DNA of 64,000 bases. Source: an uncultured delta proteobacterium. Its GTDB lineage: Bacteria > Desulfobacterota > Desulfuromonadia > Desulfuromonadales > BM103. Location: positions 32,001 to 96,000 of the forward strand of contig CAVQRZ010000014.1 of assembly GCA_963715335.1 (NCBI GenBank). The letters run 5' to 3'. A program made the translations under genes and the position numbers. Positions within the stretch are counted from its first letter, which is position 1. Every line of letters starts with the position of its first letter. Below are positions 24,572 to 35,165 of this stretch, one piece after another. The notes beneath the pieces are model-generated. The model did not search any database, had not been told where the DNA came from, and was given only the letters and a program-made list of their open reading frames with translations.

Positions 24572-25133
24572 GGGCAACAGATGGTTCATCTGTTGCCCTT
24601 TGCTATTTTTCTGGAATTCAAAGACTTAAAAGCAAAACCGGCGGGTCGCGCCCGCCCGACGCCATACTCTTTTCCGGCAACAAAGAGTAAGCAGAAAAGG
24701 GCCTTCTCCTTGCGGAGGGCATGTCTGTGCTCGGAATGTCGGTGACCTCAAAACCTCTGTGATGGGGATCCGGCCCTGTGTCAAAGGGCCTGACGCTTCC
24801 CGTGCGACTTACAGGAGCCAAAGCTCTTAAGAGCCTCTCCTGCCGATGCAAGTCTCCACAGATAGGAGAGGCTCTCAAGAGCCTCGGCTCCTGAATCGGG
24901 GGAAGCGTAGGCCCTTTGACCAGGTCCGGATCCCATCCGCAGATTTGAAGTTGCAGCCATCCGAGCCAGACATGCCCACCGCAAGGCGCAGGCCCTTTTC
25001 TGCTTACTCTTTTGGGCCGGACAAAAGAGTAAGGCGCAGTCGGGGGGCGCAACCCGCCGGGTTTTGCTTTTGACTTTGAATTCCAGAATACAATAGCTTA
25101 GGGCAACAGATTAACCATCTGTTGCCCTAAGCT
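24572..25133 (-). repeat. Foldback element copy C (both terminal palindromes, most symmetric)
   Basis: Palindromes at 24572-24598 and 25101-25127; arms complementary over most of the length. Confidence 0.95.
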
Positions 25134-25227
25134 TCATAGCAACTTCCACTTGCCAGGTAAAAAAACAACCCCCGCATCGGTGCGAGGGCTGTCAACAATC
25201 TAAGCGGGCGGGGTTTTCCCGTCCGCT

Positions 25228-25515
25228 TTAACAACTCCCGCCACAGTCGCAATTTGGCTCCCCGCCGGTCAGCCAGCCGTTGATTATCGCGCTGGCACAG
25301 CCGACCCCGGCTTTCACTGTCAGGGCCTCGACCGGGCAGTTTCTGGCACAGGCCCCGCACTCGATGCAGGCATCCAGGTCAACAATCTGTGCCTCGCGCT
25401 CCTCGATTGCAAAAACTCCGTGCGGACAGACCACGGCACACATGCCGCAGCCGATGCATTTTTCCGGGTCAAGTAAGAGGGTACTGACATCCGCCAAATA
25501 TCTGAGATCGCTCAT
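25228..25515 (-). CDS. hgcB: HgcB-like 2[4Fe-4S] ferredoxin
   Basis: LRYLADVSTL, CIGCGMCAVVCPH, DACIECGACARNCP, GVGCA, Cys-rich tail CDCGGSC; 95 aa. Confidence 0.8.
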   Translation of the reverse strand: MSDLRYLADVSTLLLDPEKCIGCGMCAVVCPHGVFAIEEREAQIVDLDACIECGACARNCPVEALTVKAGVGCASAIINGWLTGGEPNCDCGGSC

Positions 25516-25544
25516 CGGAAGCCTCCAGAGGCTGTTGTGAATTG

Positions 25545-26348
25545 TTAGCAGACCTTGTCTGTCTTGTGCCACTCGGCGAGATGCTGCCGGATAAAGTCAA
25601 CCACGCGCTGCTGTTCTTCCTGGCCTTTACCGGTCACTTCGAAGGGCTCTCCGAAGGCAAAATGAATGGTCCTGTCCGGGTGAATAGGACCGAAGTCCTT
25701 GGCCTTTTTGCCGGCCGACCAGGCCCAGGTCAGCAGCGCGACAGGAACCACAAGGGCATTGGCTTTTTTCGCGAGTTTGATGCCGATGCTGTTAAATTGT
25801 TGAGTGTCGAATTCCACCGTGCGGGTGTGTTGGGGGAAGATGACCAGTGAGTGACCCTGCTCCAGGCGCCTGGAGCCTTCCTCCATGACCACCTTGAGGT
25901 CATCGCGCGGGTTGACGCGATCAACGACAACCGGGTCGCGGGTCCTGACGATATTGCCGAAGACCGGGTAGTTGACCAGGCTACGCTTGATGACGTAGGT
26001 CAGGTCGAAAACGTGCGGCATGATCAATGCGGGCAAGACGAAGGTCTCGAGTGTGCTCATATGGTTGCCGATAAAGACGCACGGCCGGTCGAGCCCGATG
26101 ATGTGCTCGATCCCGGTAATCTCAAGCCGGCAGCCGGTCTCTTCCAGGGCACGGACGACGTTGGCGCTGCTGTCATGCCACGACTTCGAATTGTAAATGC
26201 CGCGTTTTGCCTCGCAACTGGCTTTCCATACGATCAGGAAGTTTTTCAGATAGAAAGATGCTGACGGGAAGCTCCGGGTCAGCCAGCCGATCTTGCGTTC
26301 CGGACTGTGATACTCGGTACCCTGATAAAATGCCTTGATGTCGTTCAT
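25545..26348 (-). CDS. Lysophospholipid acyltransferase (PlsC family)
   Basis: NHMSTLE (HxxxxD/E), YVIKRSL, IFPQHTR. Confidence 0.85.
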   Translation of the reverse strand: MNDIKAFYQGTEYHSPERKIGWLTRSFPSASFYLKNFLIVWKASCEAKRGIYNSKSWHDSSANVVRALEETGCRLEITGIEHIIGLDRPCVFIGNHMSTLETFVLPALIMPHVFDLTYVIKRSLVNYPVFGNIVRTRDPVVVDRVNPRDDLKVVMEEGSRRLEQGHSLVIFPQHTRTVEFDTQQFNSIGIKLAKKANALVVPVALLTWAWSAGKKAKDFGPIHPDRTIHFAFGEPFEVTGKGQEEQQRVVDFIRQHLAEWHKTDKVC

Positions 26349-26362
26349 GGGGTCTTCTGTTC

Positions 26363-27517
26363 TTATGTCACGGTTTTTGCGCTGCGAAAACGAAAGATGA
26401 TAAAAGCGGTTGCCATACTCAGCCCGGCGCAGACAAAGAGCGCATTCAGACCGACCCAGTCGCCAATATAGCCCAATACCAGAGATCCTGCAAAGATTCC
26501 CGTATCTATGCCGCCGGTGAAGATTCCGGTTGCCTTGCCGCGCAGGTCGCCCGGCTCGTCACGTACGGCCATAGTGTTCAGGAGAGGGAAGAGCAGACCA
26601 TGGCCGATGCCGGAAAGCGCGCCGGCAATCCAGAGCATTAACGGGTTATAGGTGAAGGGGAGGATGAAAATTCCGGCAATGTAGAGCAGAATGCTGTAGG
26701 GCAGAATGGTCCGCTCGCCGACTTCATCGGCAATTCTGCCACCGACGAAGCGAATCGCAATCGCGCCGCCTGAATAACAGAAAAAATAGACCGAGATGTA
26801 GCCAAGCCCGCGCTCTTCGGCGAGTGGGGCGACAAAGCTTCCCGTGGCGGCCAGACCGACCCCGAACATAAGTGAGAGCAGGCCGACGACAATGAATTTC
26901 TCCCGCCCGAGCAGGCTGAAGAAGCTGATCTGCTGATCTGCCGCCGTGGTCTGCGTGTGGCTCTCCTTCAGCGGTTGGTGGGCGAACAGAGCAGCCACTG
27001 CCAGGGCGCCGGCGACCAGGAACAGGCCGGAAAAGCCGTAACGTGCCAGGGTGGCTTCCGCCAACAGCGGGCCGATCGCAATGCCGAGCAGGCCGGAAAT
27101 GCCGAACATGCCAATCCCTTCGTTGAGGCGGTCACGCGGCAGGATGTCTGCCATGAAGGTAAAGACCGCCGTAAAGCAGATGGCCAGGCCCACGCCATGT
27201 ACGAGGCGGAGCATGATAAACAGGGGGTACCCCGCACCGAGCGGATCGTGCAGGGTGGTATAGAGCAGGGGGGCGACCACCATCAGAATGCTGCCGAGAG
27301 TGTAACTGCGCTTGCGCCCGATGCGGTCGATCATGCTGGAAATCCAGGGCCGGCAGAGAGCGGACGCCATGGCGAATATGCCCATGACCAGGCCGACATC
27401 CCCCTGGTTGCCGCCTTGCTCCAGAACATAAAGCGGGAGCAGGAAAAATGCGCTGAAGCTGGCTGTGTGACAGAGGTTTGCCAGCGCCATGGCCCAGAAT
27501 GCAGGAGTGTAGAGCAT
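26363..27517 (-). CDS. MFS transporter
   Basis: Multi-TM hydrophobic pattern, DRIGRKR motif A. Confidence 0.9.
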   Translation of the reverse strand: MLYTPAFWAMALANLCHTASFSAFFLLPLYVLEQGGNQGDVGLVMGIFAMASALCRPWISSMIDRIGRKRSYTLGSILMVVAPLLYTTLHDPLGAGYPLFIMLRLVHGVGLAICFTAVFTFMADILPRDRLNEGIGMFGISGLLGIAIGPLLAEATLARYGFSGLFLVAGALAVAALFAHQPLKESHTQTTAADQQISFFSLLGREKFIVVGLLSLMFGVGLAATGSFVAPLAEERGLGYISVYFFCYSGGAIAIRFVGGRIADEVGERTILPYSILLYIAGIFILPFTYNPLMLWIAGALSGIGHGLLFPLLNTMAVRDEPGDLRGKATGIFTGGIDTGIFAGSLVLGYIGDWVGLNALFVCAGLSMATAFIIFRFRSAKTVT

Positions 27518-27629
27518 CGGATCTTAACCGTTCGGAGCGGGATTCGCGGCTATTCTGGCTGGTCACATGTGGGGAGTCAAGATTAACCCGCAGAGGTGCG
27601 GATCGCGAAGAGCGAAAATAATCAGCAGG

Positions 27630-28190
27630 TCATTGAACATCGGCATAACCGCTGCCGATCGCGGTGAAGGGCAGGTCGAGGCTCAGCCCCGGGACCTGCC
27701 TGGCAACCCAGGCGGTGAAGGTGTTGCTGTTCGGTCCGGGGAATACCTTGTAGGTGGTTTTCCATGGGTAGTCCTCGGCAGCCCGGTGGACGGCATTGAT
27801 CAGGTCGTCGACCCCTGTCCCTCTGTGCTCCACGAGGATCCGTGGTTTTTCACCGAACCAGTAACGGTCGGGAATGTCTTTGTCGATCCGCATAACCGGT
27901 TGGCCGCGATGTCCGCGCCAGCCGACCACGTCGTAGACCGTGTAAGCCGTTTCGCCGGTGCGTTTGGCGGCGATCCAGGTGTGAATAGCGAGCCAGCCAC
28001 GCCAACCCCAGGCCCTGGCACCGTAGACATGCAGGACGGCTTCTTCTGTAACGGCAGGGTCGGGCGCGATCCCAGCAGATTCGCGGCTGGCAGTGCGCCA
28101 GTCCTTGCTGGGGGAACAATTAACCAAGGCCATACCTATTGCCAAGATCATCGGTAAGATGATCAGTGCTTTTCTCAGATAGCGTTTCAA
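27630..28190 (-). CDS. DUF3750 family protein
   Basis: WRTASRESAG, HTWIA, YPW, PGPNSNTF. Confidence 0.8.
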   Translation of the reverse strand: MKRYLRKALIILPMILAIGMALVNCSPSKDWRTASRESAGIAPDPAVTEEAVLHVYGARAWGWRGWLAIHTWIAAKRTGETAYTVYDVVGWRGHRGQPVMRIDKDIPDRYWFGEKPRILVEHRGTGVDDLINAVHRAAEDYPWKTTYKVFPGPNSNTFTAWVARQVPGLSLDLPFTAIGSGYADVQ

Positions 28191-28288
28191 GCGGAACTCC
28201 GTTTATCATTTCCTCTGATTATAGACCATGTGTTTGTGTCGTGGGAAGCCCGGGAACCGATTCATCCTGGAGATGTCTCAAGAAACCT

Positions 28289-28810
28289 CTAGAATCTCCC
28301 GACTGCAACCAGTCGGCCCTTCCAGTAGGGATTCTCCAGGCTGGCATAACTGACGCCTTTGCCGGATGAGGGGGCATGGATAAAACGGTTGTTGCCGGCA
28401 TAGATGCCGACATGGGCGATTTTTTTCGATGAGATGGTGAAGAAGACCAGGTCACCTGCCTGCAGGTTGCCGGGATTGACCAGGTCGCTGGCTCTGAAGA
28501 TGTCCTGCGAAGTGCGTGGCAGTTTTAACCCGGCCTTCGCGTATGAATATTGCACCAGTCCGCTGCAATCGAATCCGCGCGAGTCTGCGCCGCCGTAGCG
28601 ATAGGCGACACCGAGCATGCTGCGGGCGGCATCGAGGGCAACCCTCCCGGCATTGCTGGTCGCAGGGCCAACCTCGACGGGTGCTTCTGTCTTGCCGATG
28701 GAGGTCGCCGTTTTCGGTGTGGGTCCGGAGATCCCGGAACACGCTGCGAGCAACAGGACCGGCAGCAGAAATACGATGCCGACCGCCATTTTTCGTAAAC
28801 TACGGGACAT
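28289..28810 (-). CDS. NlpC/P60 (C40) peptidase lipoprotein
   Basis: LAAC lipobox, YRYGG, GFDCSG, HVGIY, FIHA. Confidence 0.93.
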   Translation of the reverse strand: MSRSLRKMAVGIVFLLPVLLLAACSGISGPTPKTATSIGKTEAPVEVGPATSNAGRVALDAARSMLGVAYRYGGADSRGFDCSGLVQYSYAKAGLKLPRTSQDIFRASDLVNPGNLQAGDLVFFTISSKKIAHVGIYAGNNRFIHAPSSGKGVSYASLENPYWKGRLVAVGRF

Positions 28811-28983
28811 AAATCGTCCATTCCGTTAGAGCAGGGCCATGTTTGGTCTCACTATCAACAGAATCAAGCAAGCATTGTTCCAAGATTGTGAAGATGGCTG
28901 GCGATTACCGGGATTGCCCTTTGCCAAGCGGCATCGAATTGAGGTATCTTGAAAATGCATTTTTGCTGATGGAAGGGAACAGG

Positions 28984-31629
28984 ATGACGGACGATCTGCA
29001 GACTACTTATCTCAAAGATTATTGCCCCCCGGTGCACCTGGTCGATAGCGTTGACCTGCATGTTGACTTGGCCCCTGAAAAGACCCGGGTTCGGGCCAGG
29101 CTGCAGATGCGCGCAAACCCGGATGGCTATGAACAGCCCGCGCAGCTTTACCTGCATGGCCGACGGCTTGAACTTCTGAGCGTTATGCTCGATGGCCGGG
29201 AACTTGCCAGTCATGAGTTCTGCCTGGATAACGAAGGGATGACGATCCCCGGTGTCCCGGAGAAGTTTGTTCTGGAGACGCTGGTCGAGGTCAACCCGCA
29301 GGCCAACACGGCCCTCGAGGGGTTGTATCGTGCCAGCGACATCTACTGCACCCAGTGCGAAGCCCAGGGCTTTCGCAAAATCACCTTCTTCCCTGACCGG
29401 CCTGACGTCATGGCCCGTTACACGACAACCCTGACGGCGGATGCCGATAGCACCCCCGTCCTGCTGGCCAACGGCAACCTGGTTGACTCAGGGGCGCTGA
29501 AAGACGGGCGGCACTTCGCAACCTTTGTAGACCCTTTCCCGAAGCCGAGCTATCTGTTTGCCCTGGTGGCCGGCCGGCTGACGATGATTGAAGACCGTTT
29601 CATGACCATGACCGGCCGCGCAGTCAGCCTGCAGATTTACGTCGAAGAGCGTAACCGCCACAAGTGTGACCACGCCATGTTGTCACTGAAGAACGCGATG
29701 CGCTGGGACGAACAGACCTACGGCCTGGAATACGACCTCGATGAGTACAAGATCGTCGCGGTTGACGATTTCAACATGGGGGCGATGGAAAACAAGGGGC
29801 TGAACGTTTTTAACTCCAAGTATGTCCTGGCCAGGCCGGAGACGGCGACGGATGCTGACTACCAGGGGATCGAGGGCGTCATCGCCCATGAATATTTCCA
29901 CAACTGGACCGGCAACCGGGTTACCTGTCGCGACTGGTTCCAACTCAGTCTCAAGGAAGGACTGACGGTCTTCCGAGACCAGGAATTCTCCGCTGCTATG
30001 GGGTCCCGCGCCGTCAAGCGGATTGATGACGTGCGCCTGCTACGCAACATCCAGTTTCCTGAGGATGCCGGCCCCATGGCGCACCCGGTCCGTCCTGATT
30101 CGTACATCGAGATCAATAATTTCTACACTGCGACAGTCTATAACAAGGGCGCTGAAGTGATTCGCATGTACCAGGCCCTGCTCGGCGAAGAGGGATACAA
30201 AAACGGCCTGAGACTGTATTTTGAACGCCATGACGGCCAGGCGGTTACCACGGATGATTTTCTCGCCGCCATGGCTGATGCCAACGACTTCGACCTTGAT
30301 CAGCTGCGCACCTGGTACAACCAGTCTGGTACGCCGATGCTCGATATCTCGGGCGACTATGACGAAGAGACACGGCAGTACAGGCTGCACGTCAGGCAGT
30401 CCTGCCCGGCCACACCCGGTCAGCCGGACAAGCAACCCTTCCTGATCCCTTTGCAGATCGGGCTGGTTGGCCCCGACGGTCAGGATCTGCCCTTGCAGCT
30501 TGTCGGAGAGGAATGCCAGGAGGGAACTTCGCGTACCCTGCGAGTCACCGCATCGGAACAGACTTTCGACTTTGTCAATCTGCCGGATGCTCCGATTCCG
30601 TCGTTGCTGCGTAATTACTCCGCACCGGTCAAGGTCAACTTCCCCTACGGCCGTGAGGATTTGGCCTTCCTGTTTGCTCACGACAGTGATGCTTTCAATC
30701 GCTGGGAGGCGGGACAACGCCTGGCGACGGATGTAATCCTCGAGCTTGTGTCAGCCTTTAAAGACGATCGGAGCCCGAAAGTACCGGAGACCTTCGTGGC
30801 CGCTTTTCGCACGGCCCTGACTGACTGTCAGGCTGACCCTGCACTCCTGGCGCTGGCTTTGACGCTGCCGGCTGAACCTGAATTGGCAGAAGCCATGATT
30901 GTCGCAGACCCTGCCGCAATCCACGCCGCCAGACAGGGACTGCGCAAGGCTCTGGCCGAGGAACTGGCCGGGGATTTCAGGCTGGTTATGGCGACGATGC
31001 AGGATCGCGGCTTGTACTCGCCCGATTCCGTCTCTATTGGCCGGCGCAGCCTGAAGAACCTTTGCCTGGCTTATCTCTCGCTTGTCGATGCCGCGGAGAT
31101 CCATCAGGCTTGCTTCGATCAGTACGTCGACACCGACAACATGACTGACCGTATGGCAGCCTTGACCTGCCTGGTGCACAACCGCCTGCCTAAATACCAG
31201 GAAGCGCTTGCCGCCTTTTACCACCGATTCCAGGATGACCCGCTGGTGGTCGACAAGTGGTTCAGCCTGCAGGCGACGGCGCCGCAGCCGGAGACCCTGG
31301 AACAGGTCAGGGAGCTGATGGGACATCCGGCGTTCACCATGCGCAATCCGAACCGGGTTCGTTCCCTGATCGGTGCCTTTGCCCATGGCAACCCAGCATG
31401 TTTCCACGACCCGTCCGGTGCCGGTTATGCCTTTGTTGCAGACCGGGTCCTTGAACTGGATGCGACAAACCCGCAGGTTGCCGCCAGGATGTTGGCGCCG
31501 CTCAGCAGATGGAAGCGCTACGCACAGGAATACCAGGCATTGATGCGTGACCAACTCGAGCGGATCAGGCGGCATGCAAAGCTGTCGAACGACGTCGGTG
31601 AAATTGTCGAAAAGAGCCTGTTGAACTAG
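28984..31629 (+). CDS. pepN: Aminopeptidase N
   Basis: TQCEAQGFR, GAMENKG, HEYFH, NFYTATVY. Confidence 0.97.
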   Translation: MTDDLQTTYLKDYCPPVHLVDSVDLHVDLAPEKTRVRARLQMRANPDGYEQPAQLYLHGRRLELLSVMLDGRELASHEFCLDNEGMTIPGVPEKFVLETLVEVNPQANTALEGLYRASDIYCTQCEAQGFRKITFFPDRPDVMARYTTTLTADADSTPVLLANGNLVDSGALKDGRHFATFVDPFPKPSYLFALVAGRLTMIEDRFMTMTGRAVSLQIYVEERNRHKCDHAMLSLKNAMRWDEQTYGLEYDLDEYKIVAVDDFNMGAMENKGLNVFNSKYVLARPETATDADYQGIEGVIAHEYFHNWTGNRVTCRDWFQLSLKEGLTVFRDQEFSAAMGSRAVKRIDDVRLLRNIQFPEDAGPMAHPVRPDSYIEINNFYTATVYNKGAEVIRMYQALLGEEGYKNGLRLYFERHDGQAVTTDDFLAAMADANDFDLDQLRTWYNQSGTPMLDISGDYDEETRQYRLHVRQSCPATPGQPDKQPFLIPLQIGLVGPDGQDLPLQLVGEECQEGTSRTLRVTASEQTFDFVNLPDAPIPSLLRNYSAPVKVNFPYGREDLAFLFAHDSDAFNRWEAGQRLATDVILELVSAFKDDRSPKVPETFVAAFRTALTDCQADPALLALALTLPAEPELAEAMIVADPAAIHAARQGLRKALAEELAGDFRLVMATMQDRGLYSPDSVSIGRRSLKNLCLAYLSLVDAAEIHQACFDQYVDTDNMTDRMAALTCLVHNRLPKYQEALAAFYHRFQDDPLVVDKWFSLQATAPQPETLEQVRELMGHPAFTMRNPNRVRSLIGAFAHGNPACFHDPSGAGYAFVADRVLELDATNPQVAARMLAPLSRWKRYAQEYQALMRDQLERIRRHAKLSNDVGEIVEKSLLN

Positions 31630-31710
31630 GTGAGATTTTGGATTTGTTGAATCGGTTCAAGGCCTTGATGGCACTTCATCGCCGCTTCAACACCCCAACT
31701 CGAGGTTGAG

Positions 31711-32637
31711 ATGAAACCTGTGACCAGAAATGTCCTGATCATTGGCTGCGGCGATATCGGCGTTCGAGTGGCCAGAATATTTCAGGCCTCGGGCGGCAGG
31801 GTTGCCGGCCTGGCTCGCTCCGGGGCAGGTGCGGAGCGCCTGCGGAGTTTCGATATCGAACCTGTCATGGGTAATCTGGACGATGCCGATTCCCTGGTGG
31901 AATTGCCGATCAAGGGAAACCTGGTCTTCTACTTTGCCCCGCCTCCCGGAGGTGGCCCGATTGACGGACGCATGCGCAGATTCTGTGACGTTGTCGGCGA
32001 TCGCCAGCCTCCGGGAAAAGTCGTCTACATGAGCACCAGCGGTGTTTACGGTGACTGTCATGGCGCCCGGGTCACTGAAACGACGCCGGTCAATCCGCAA
32101 ACCAGTCGCGCGCAACGCCGCGTTGATGCCGAAACGGTCCTGCTGGAGTGGGGGCGGACTCGCGGAGTTCCGGTAGTCATCTTGCGGGTCACCGGCATTT
32201 ATGGCCCCGGCCGACTGCCGTTGGCCAGGCTCCAACAGGGCCATCCGGTGTTGAGCGAAACAGAATCGCCGCCAACCAACCGGATTCATGCCGACGACCT
32301 GGCTGCCGTTTGCGTCGCGGCCGCTGAAAAAGCCGCGGACGGTGATATCTTTAATGTCAGCGATGGTCAGTCAGGGACGATGACCGGGTATTTCAATGCG
32401 ATCGCCGATCTGCTCAAATTACCGCGACCGCAGCAGGTCAGCATGGAGGAAGCGAAGCAGGTGATGAATCCGATGATGCTCTCCTACCTTCAGGAATCCA
32501 GGCGTATGGACAATCGGAAAATGATCGCGCAACTCGGTGTTGTTTTGCGCTATCCTGATCTCGAGTCAGGGTTGAAAAATGTCGTCGCGCAACTCGAACA
32601 GCCTGGTATGGGGTATTTCGGTTCAGTGGGGCATTGA
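31711..32637 (+). CDS. NAD-dependent epimerase/SDR family protein
   Basis: IIGCGDIG, STSGVYG, IYGPGR, NRIHADD. Confidence 0.88.
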   Translation: MKPVTRNVLIIGCGDIGVRVARIFQASGGRVAGLARSGAGAERLRSFDIEPVMGNLDDADSLVELPIKGNLVFYFAPPPGGGPIDGRMRRFCDVVGDRQPPGKVVYMSTSGVYGDCHGARVTETTPVNPQTSRAQRRVDAETVLLEWGRTRGVPVVILRVTGIYGPGRLPLARLQQGHPVLSETESPPTNRIHADDLAAVCVAAAEKAADGDIFNVSDGQSGTMTGYFNAIADLLKLPRPQQVSMEEAKQVMNPMMLSYLQESRRMDNRKMIAQLGVVLRYPDLESGLKNVVAQLEQPGMGYFGSVGH

Positions 32638-32725
32638 ACAGAGGCGCACGCGGTACGTGGCGCGAAAAAACTTTTTTTAACAAGGACGTTTTTTTAAGGC
32701 GCGTTCCTGATTTCCGGAGGGAATC

Positions 32726-34135
32726 ATGAAGAAAATAGCAATTATCGGTGCCGGTATTTCCGGTTTGAGTACTGCCAATGCTGTAGAACGTCTGGCCAGA
32801 GAAGCAGGGATCGATGTTGCCGTGACGGTCTTTGAACGTGAAGAGCGGACCGGCGGTAAAATATGGAGCATCAAGGATGAGGGGTACCTCTGCGAATGGG
32901 GCCCGAACGGTTTTCTCGACAGCAAACCGATGACCCTGGAGCTGTGCGACCATCTCGGCATCCGTGACCGGCTGGAACGTTCCAATGACAACGCCCGCAA
33001 GCGTTTCATCTACAGTGACGGCATTCTCAACCAGCTGCCGGAGAACGGACCGATGTTCCTGAAATCAAAACTGATCAGCTGGCCCGGCAAGATTCGTCTG
33101 GCTCAGGAATTCATCAAGCCGAAGCGTACCGACGGGGTCGACGAGACCCTGGCTGAATTTGCCCGTCGCAGGCTTGGCCCGGAAGCGCTCGACAAGTTGA
33201 TCGGCCCGATGGTCTCCGGTATCTTTGCCGGCAATCCTGAAACCATGAGCCTGAAGAGCTGCTTCCCGCGCATCCACGAGCTGGAACAGGAGTTTGGCGG
33301 TCTGCTGAAAGCGATGATCAGGCTGGCCAAGCAGAAGAAAGCTGAGATCAAAGCCGGCAAACAGGTCGCCAGTGCTGCCGGGCCGGGCGGGGTGCTGACG
33401 TCCTTCGTAGACGGCATCCAGGAATTAACCGATGTCACGGTCAGGAGTCTCAAGGGCAAGGTGCTGACCGGCAGTGCCGTGACCGGCCTGAAACCGGCTT
33501 CGGGCGGATGGGAGCTTGAGTTGACAGACGGCAGCAAGTTCGATGCGGATATCCTGGTGTCTGCGGCACCGGCACATATCCTCAAGGAACTTGTCACATC
33601 TTTTGACGATAAACTTTCCGAGTTGCTCGCCGGCATTCCTTATGCGCCGATGAACGTCATCTGTTTCGGCTATCAACGGCAGAAAATTGCACGTGATCTG
33701 GATGGGTTTGGCTACCTGATACCCAAAAATGAAGGGTGCGCGATCCTCGGAACCCTCTGGGACTCAAGCATTTTCCCGCAGCGAGCCCCCGAAGGGCATG
33801 TCCTGCTGCGTTCCATGATGGGCGGCGCGACCAATCCTGATGCCATCGGGTTCAGCGATGCCGAGGTCAGGAAGCGGACCATGGCAGAACTGCAAAAGAT
33901 CATGGGAATTGTCGCCGAACCTGATTTCGTGCGGATTTTCCGTCATCAACGGGCCATTCCGCAGTATGTCGTCGGGCATGCTGACCGGCTTGAGGCGATT
34001 GATGACAACCTGAAACGGCATCCCGGCCTGATCCTGACCGGCAATGCCTTTTTCGGCGTCGGCCTCAATGATTGTGTCAATGCTGCCAACAAGGCCGGTG
34101 AACAGGTTGTTTCCTGCCTGAAGAAGAGCGCCTGA
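32726..34135 (+). CDS. hemY: Protoporphyrinogen/coproporphyrinogen oxidase, HemY type
   Basis: GAGISGL FAD motif, EWGPNGF, GFGYLIP, AIPQY. Confidence 0.92.
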   Translation: MKKIAIIGAGISGLSTANAVERLAREAGIDVAVTVFEREERTGGKIWSIKDEGYLCEWGPNGFLDSKPMTLELCDHLGIRDRLERSNDNARKRFIYSDGILNQLPENGPMFLKSKLISWPGKIRLAQEFIKPKRTDGVDETLAEFARRRLGPEALDKLIGPMVSGIFAGNPETMSLKSCFPRIHELEQEFGGLLKAMIRLAKQKKAEIKAGKQVASAAGPGGVLTSFVDGIQELTDVTVRSLKGKVLTGSAVTGLKPASGGWELELTDGSKFDADILVSAAPAHILKELVTSFDDKLSELLAGIPYAPMNVICFGYQRQKIARDLDGFGYLIPKNEGCAILGTLWDSSIFPQRAPEGHVLLRSMMGGATNPDAIGFSDAEVRKRTMAELQKIMGIVAEPDFVRIFRHQRAIPQYVVGHADRLEAIDDNLKRHPGLILTGNAFFGVGLNDCVNAANKAGEQVVSCLKKSA

Positions 34136-34240
34136 TGCTCGGGCCTGCCTAATCTTCTTGAAAGCCTTTAGTGGTTGTTTATAGAATGAAACGTTCGTGA
34201 AGCTGAATTTCTCTGTGGGTTTCAACTTTGGGGTATTTTC

Positions 34241-35152
34241 GTGAGATTGCTGACGCGTTCCGATTTCGATGGTACATGCTGCGCGGTCCTGTTGAAGGAA
34301 CTTGGCCTGATCGATGAAATGGTCTACGCTCACCCCAAAGACCTGCAGGACGGCAAGGTCCCTGTCACAAAAAATGACGTTCTTGCCAACGTTCCCTATG
34401 TGCCGGGTTGCGGCCTCTGGTTCGACCATCACTCAAGTGAGCAGGAGCGCAACGGCCTGATAGGGAAATATGAAGGTCTGAGCAAATCGGCGCCGAGCAC
34501 GGCGCGCGTTATCAGTGACTACTACGGTGCAGCAAAGTTTGCCAGGTTTGATGAACTCCTTGAGCAGGTTGACAAGATTGATTCGGCGCAACTGACCGAG
34601 GCAGAGATTCTTGATCCGGCCGGCTGGGTCCTGCTCGGCTTTCTCGCCGACCCAAGGACCGGCCTTGGTTACTACCAGCACTTCAGGATCAGCAACCTTG
34701 AATACTGTCTTAACCTGGTCGAGATGATCAGGACCATGACCATTGACGAGATCATGGCTGATCCGGACACTGTTGAGCGCACAGAGCTGTACTTCGAGAA
34801 TACTGAAAAGGCCAAAACTTTCTATAAGAACTGTTCCTGGATAGACGGACCGATCGTCATTTCGGATTTTCGTATCATCGGCATGGCTCCCCCCTCTAAT
34901 CGTTTCCTGGTTTATTCCCTTTTCCCTGAAGCCAATATCTCGATCCGTATGATGGACGGGAAAAACAGGGGATTCGTCTCCATTTCTGTCGGTCACAGTG
35001 TCATCAACCGGACGGCGACAGTCGATGTCGGTTCACTGATGCTCAAATACGGTGGGGGCGGGCACAAGGTCGTCGGTACGTGCCAGGTTCCGTATGAGCA
35101 GGCGGAAAACATTCTCGATGAGATGATTGAGTTTATTAAATCGAATAGTTAG
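34241..35152 (+). CDS. DHH-family phosphoesterase
   Basis: TRSDFDG, WFDHH, GGGGH. Confidence 0.88.
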   Translation: MRLLTRSDFDGTCCAVLLKELGLIDEMVYAHPKDLQDGKVPVTKNDVLANVPYVPGCGLWFDHHSSEQERNGLIGKYEGLSKSAPSTARVISDYYGAAKFARFDELLEQVDKIDSAQLTEAEILDPAGWVLLGFLADPRTGLGYYQHFRISNLEYCLNLVEMIRTMTIDEIMADPDTVERTELYFENTEKAKTFYKNCSWIDGPIVISDFRIIGMAPPSNRFLVYSLFPEANISIRMMDGKNRGFVSISVGHSVINRTATVDVGSLMLKYGGGGHKVVGTCQVPYEQAENILDEMIEFIKSNS

Positions 35153-35165
35153 TTGATTGTTCAAC

